Of a stretch of DNA of 64,000 bases, positions 61,102 through 64,000 are shown in pieces (position 1 is the stretch's first letter; each line of letters begins with the position of its first letter). The notes beneath the pieces are model-generated. The model did no database searches. It was not told the origin of the DNA and worked only from the letters and a program-made list of their open reading frames with translations. Made by a program: the position numbers and the translations under genes. The DNA comes from an uncultured Anaeroplasmatales bacterium (lineage in GTDB: Bacteria; Bacillota_I; Bacilli_A; Acholeplasmatales; JAEDCM01): positions 784-64,783 of the forward strand of contig CAZWLD010000003.1 in NCBI GenBank assembly GCA_964634685.1. Reading direction: 5' to 3'.

Positions 61102-64000
61102 TCACCACAATTTTGGAAGATTGTTATCAAAGTACCAATATCCATCTTGCTTGGATTGCGAATAATAATAAAGATTAGCTTCTAGTAATGATTTATTATT
61201 GTCTTCGACATTGATATTATTCCATTCCTCTTCCGTTCCAGAATAACAGATATTTCTTAAGTTAGGACAATAACTAAAAGCTCCAGAGCCAATATCAGTT
61301 AAACCTTTTGGTAAAACAATGCAAGTCAAATTGTTGCAAAAAGCAAAGGCATTATACTCAATCGTCTTAACATTTTCAGGAATAGTAATCATCCTTAAGC
61401 TTTTACAAGCTTCGAAAGCAAATAAACCTACATATTCAATACTATTAGGAAGATTAACATTTTTTAAGTTATGACAATTCCTAAAGGTCGAATCCTCAAT
61501 TCTTTGGATACTAGAAGGAATCGTAATACTTTCAAGCTCATAACAAGAATCAAAGGCACTACTGCCAATATATGTTACTGAATCAGGAATCACTATTCTC
61601 TTTAGCTTAACGCAGCCACTAAATGCGGAGCCAGAAATCGTATTAACGCTATTAGGAAGAATAATTTCCTCTAATTCCGAACAATTACTAAAAGCTGAGT
61701 ATCCAATTGATGTTATATTATTATGAAGTTCAATCGACTTAAGCTTACAGCCCATAAATACTTCATCGCCAATACTTGTTACACTATCAGGTATTTGAAT
61801 ATTAGTTAAATTTTCACAAAAAGCAAAGGCCCTATTTCCAATTTCCTTTACTCCGTAAGGAATCGTAATACTTACCAAATTCGTATTTTTATAAAAGGCA
61901 CTTTCATAAATACTATAATTATTACCCAAAATATTATCTGGCAAAATAAGATTTGAAGCATTACCAACGTATTGAATTAAATAATATTCTGAATTATCAT
62001 CACAAATAAAGATACATCCATCTATGGTTTCAATTATACTATCACCCAAGGAATTATGAATAGCCTTTGCATAATAGCCAACGTAACCATTCGAATTATC
62101 ATTTCTTTTAATTGATAAAGATGGTGATAAATTATAAACCTCCACTAATCTTATACAACCATAAAAGGCTTGCCCTTGGATTGATGTGACTCCTTCCGGA
62201 ATTGTAATACTTAAAAGTGATGAACATGAATTAAAGGCTTTATCCTTAATCAAGGTTACAGTCTTTGGCAATTCAATCTCCGACAAGGAAGTACAACAAA
62301 GGAAAGTCCCTTCTTCAATACACGTTATGCCTTGAGGTAAGCTAACACTCTTAAGATTCTCACAATTAGAAAAGGCATATGCGCCAATTTCCTTAACTGA
62401 ATTCGGAACAATTATTTCTTCAATCAAGCTACCAGAAAAAGCATATGGGTAAATTGAATAATCCTGTCCTTGGAAGGAATCTGGTAAGGTAATTATTTTA
62501 TCATCACCAAGATATTGGAATAAATAAGGTTTATCTAAATCAAGGAAAATATAATCGCCTACAACTTCAATAATGCTTTCCTCATCTAAAGATTGATGAA
62601 TAGCCTTGGCATAATATCCTATATAGGTATCATCATAAGAATCAATACTTATATTCGATAAATTATACACCTCTACTAAACGAGTACAGCCATAAAAAGC
62701 ACCTCTATCAATCGTATTAACACTTTCAGGTATTATAATCTTTTTTAGATTAATACAATTGCTAAAAGCCCCAAATTCAATTACCTTTACATCTCCGCCA
62801 AGAATAATATTACTAAGCTTCACGCAATCAGAAAAAGCTCTTTCACTAATCTTATAAACTCTATCCTCAATGGTTACACTTTCTAGATTACAGCATCGAC
62901 TAAAGGCTCCTTGGCCGAAATAATAAACACTTCCAGGTATAATTATTTCCGATAAATTCTGACAATTGGAAAATGCATATTCACCAATGTTTGTTAAAGA
63001 ATTAGGCAAATCGATATTGATTAATGATTCATTTCTTGAAAATACACCTTCACCAATCTCTTTTATTGAGGAAGGTAAATTCACTTGTGATAATCTTCGA
63101 CATTCACTAAAGGTGTAATTCTCAATTTTCGTAATACTATTTGGAATAGTTATCTCCTTTAAGCCACTACAAGAAAAAGCATATTTACCGATACTAGTAA
63201 TACTATCAGGTAAAGCTATTCTTTCGGCATCGCACCCATAAAAGGCATAAGGACAAATGGTTGTGCAGCCATCTTGGATTTCAATTTCCTTAATCTTTGT
63301 ATATTTAAAGGTATATGGTGCAATGTATTTCACTGATGAAATAACTAATTTCTCATCGTTTATTTCCTGGCAATTGGTAAAGGCACCACCACAAATCACT
63401 TGGGTTCTCTCATCGAGATCAAAGCTCGTAATCATATTATTAACGGGTCTAATTAAGGCAAGGCCTCCATTTGATAATGGCAAATATAAATTTTGATTGA
63501 TTTTTTGATAACATAAACGATTATCGCCATCAAAGGTCTGATAGCCTAAATATTCTAAAGCACCAGGTAATTTAATATAGCTTAAGCGATAACAATTAAG
63601 AAAAGCAGAATCCTCAATTATCTTTACGCCCTCCCCTACTTCAACCTTAATTAAATCCTTACAATTTTTAAAGGCTCCATTGCCAATTATTTCAATCGAA
63701 TCAGGAAGATAAACATATTTTATTTTCGCATCTAAAAAGGCCTCGCTAGCTATTTCTGTGACCTGATAGCCATCAATATATTCAGGAATTCTGACATTTG
63801 CTTCTTTTCCATGATATTTCATTATTCTTGCTTTTTCTAAATCGATTGGTTGAATTTCAAACAAGAAATCAAATGAATCTTCACTTAAAGTAAAATCCTT
63901 ATATAAAGCGATATTATCATAATCTGCTTCTTTGAAAAAATCTTCAGTAATCAAATATGTATCATTTAATTCAATAGAATCCTTGGCAGGTTGATAAGCG
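61102..64000 (-). CDS. Second BspA-type LRR surface protein, 5' end beyond the window
   Basis: Frame stays open to the window edge; IPxSVxxIGxxAFxxC repeats; two YAKAIH...YL(F/I)QY modules. Confidence 0.88.
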   Translation of the reverse strand, partial: AYQPAKDSIELNDTYLITEDFFKEADYDNIALYKDFTLSEDSFDFLFEIQPIDLEKARIMKYHGKEANVRIPEYIDGYQVTEIASEAFLDAKIKYVYLPDSIEIIGNGAFKNCKDLIKVEVGEGVKIIEDSAFLNCYRLSYIKLPGALEYLGYQTFDGDNRLCYQKINQNLYLPLSNGGLALIRPVNNMITSFDLDERTQVICGGAFTNCQEINDEKLVISSVKYIAPYTFKYTKIKEIEIQDGCTTICPYAFYGCDAERIALPDSITSIGKYAFSCSGLKEITIPNSITKIENYTFSECRRLSQVNLPSSIKEIGEGVFSRNESLINIDLPNSLTNIGEYAFSNCQNLSEIIIPGSVYYFGQGAFSRCCNLESVTIEDRVYKISERAFSDCVKLSNIILGGDVKVIEFGAFSNCINLKKIIIPESVNTIDRGAFYGCTRLVEVYNLSNISIDSYDDTYIGYYAKAIHQSLDEESIIEVVGDYIFLDLDKPYLFQYLGDDKIITLPDSFQGQDYSIYPYAFSGSLIEEIIVPNSVKEIGAYAFSNCENLKSVSLPQGITCIEEGTFLCCTSLSEIELPKTVTLIKDKAFNSCSSLLSITIPEGVTSIQGQAFYGCIRLVEVYNLSPSLSIKRNDNSNGYVGYYAKAIHNSLGDSIIETIDGCIFICDDNSEYYLIQYVGNASNLILPDNILGNNYSIYESAFYKNTNLVSITIPYGVKEIGNRAFAFCENLTNIQIPDSVTSIGDEVFMGCKLKSIELHNNITSIGYSAFSNCSELEEIILPNSVNTISGSAFSGCVKLKRIVIPDSVTYIGSSAFDSCYELESITIPSSIQRIEDSTFRNCHNLKNVNLPNSIEYVGLFAFEACKSLRMITIPENVKTIEYNAFAFCNNLTCIVLPKGLTDIGSGAFSYCPNLRNICYSGTEEEWNNINVEDNNKSLLEANLYYYSQSKQDGYWYFDNNLPKLW

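Overview
Low-GC chromosomal window read in genetic code 11 (TGA is a stop, Trp is TGG). The many lipoproteins, BspA-type LRR surface proteins and T-box leaders suggest a host-associated Bacillota/Mollicutes-like organism (Acholeplasmatales/Anaeroplasma-like); this placement is inference only. Nearly all genes lie on the minus strand; only ansA, two radical SAM genes, a GH13 enzyme and a tiny ORF lie on plus. Core genes: T-box-controlled metNIQ and thrS, secG-rnr-smpB, eno, gpmI, map, two mscL paralogs and several peptidases. Large surface proteins: a 1663-aa S8 proteinase, a 2560-aa LRR lipoprotein and a second LRR protein cut by the window edge. No rRNA, tRNA, intact tmRNA, CRISPR array, integrase or transposase was found. 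Top leads: (1) a G8 tract in the promoter spacer of the giant LRR lipoprotein, whose repeats have identical frameworks around hypervariable loops; (2) a 429-bp inverted-repeat element 4 bp after smpB carrying its own promoter, 40-aa ORF and terminator; (3) a polytopic membrane protein ending in a ribosomal uL15-like domain; (4) a split transcobalamin-like/ECF B12 uptake operon divergent from ygiQ; (5) fusions of an M28 peptidase with an FtsK-gamma-like domain and of HAD with SEC-C and MetAP; (6) a RhuM/PLD-like gene behind a structured attenuator-like leader; (7) three antitoxin-like ORFs without toxins. All family calls come from motif recognition by eye; no database search was run.
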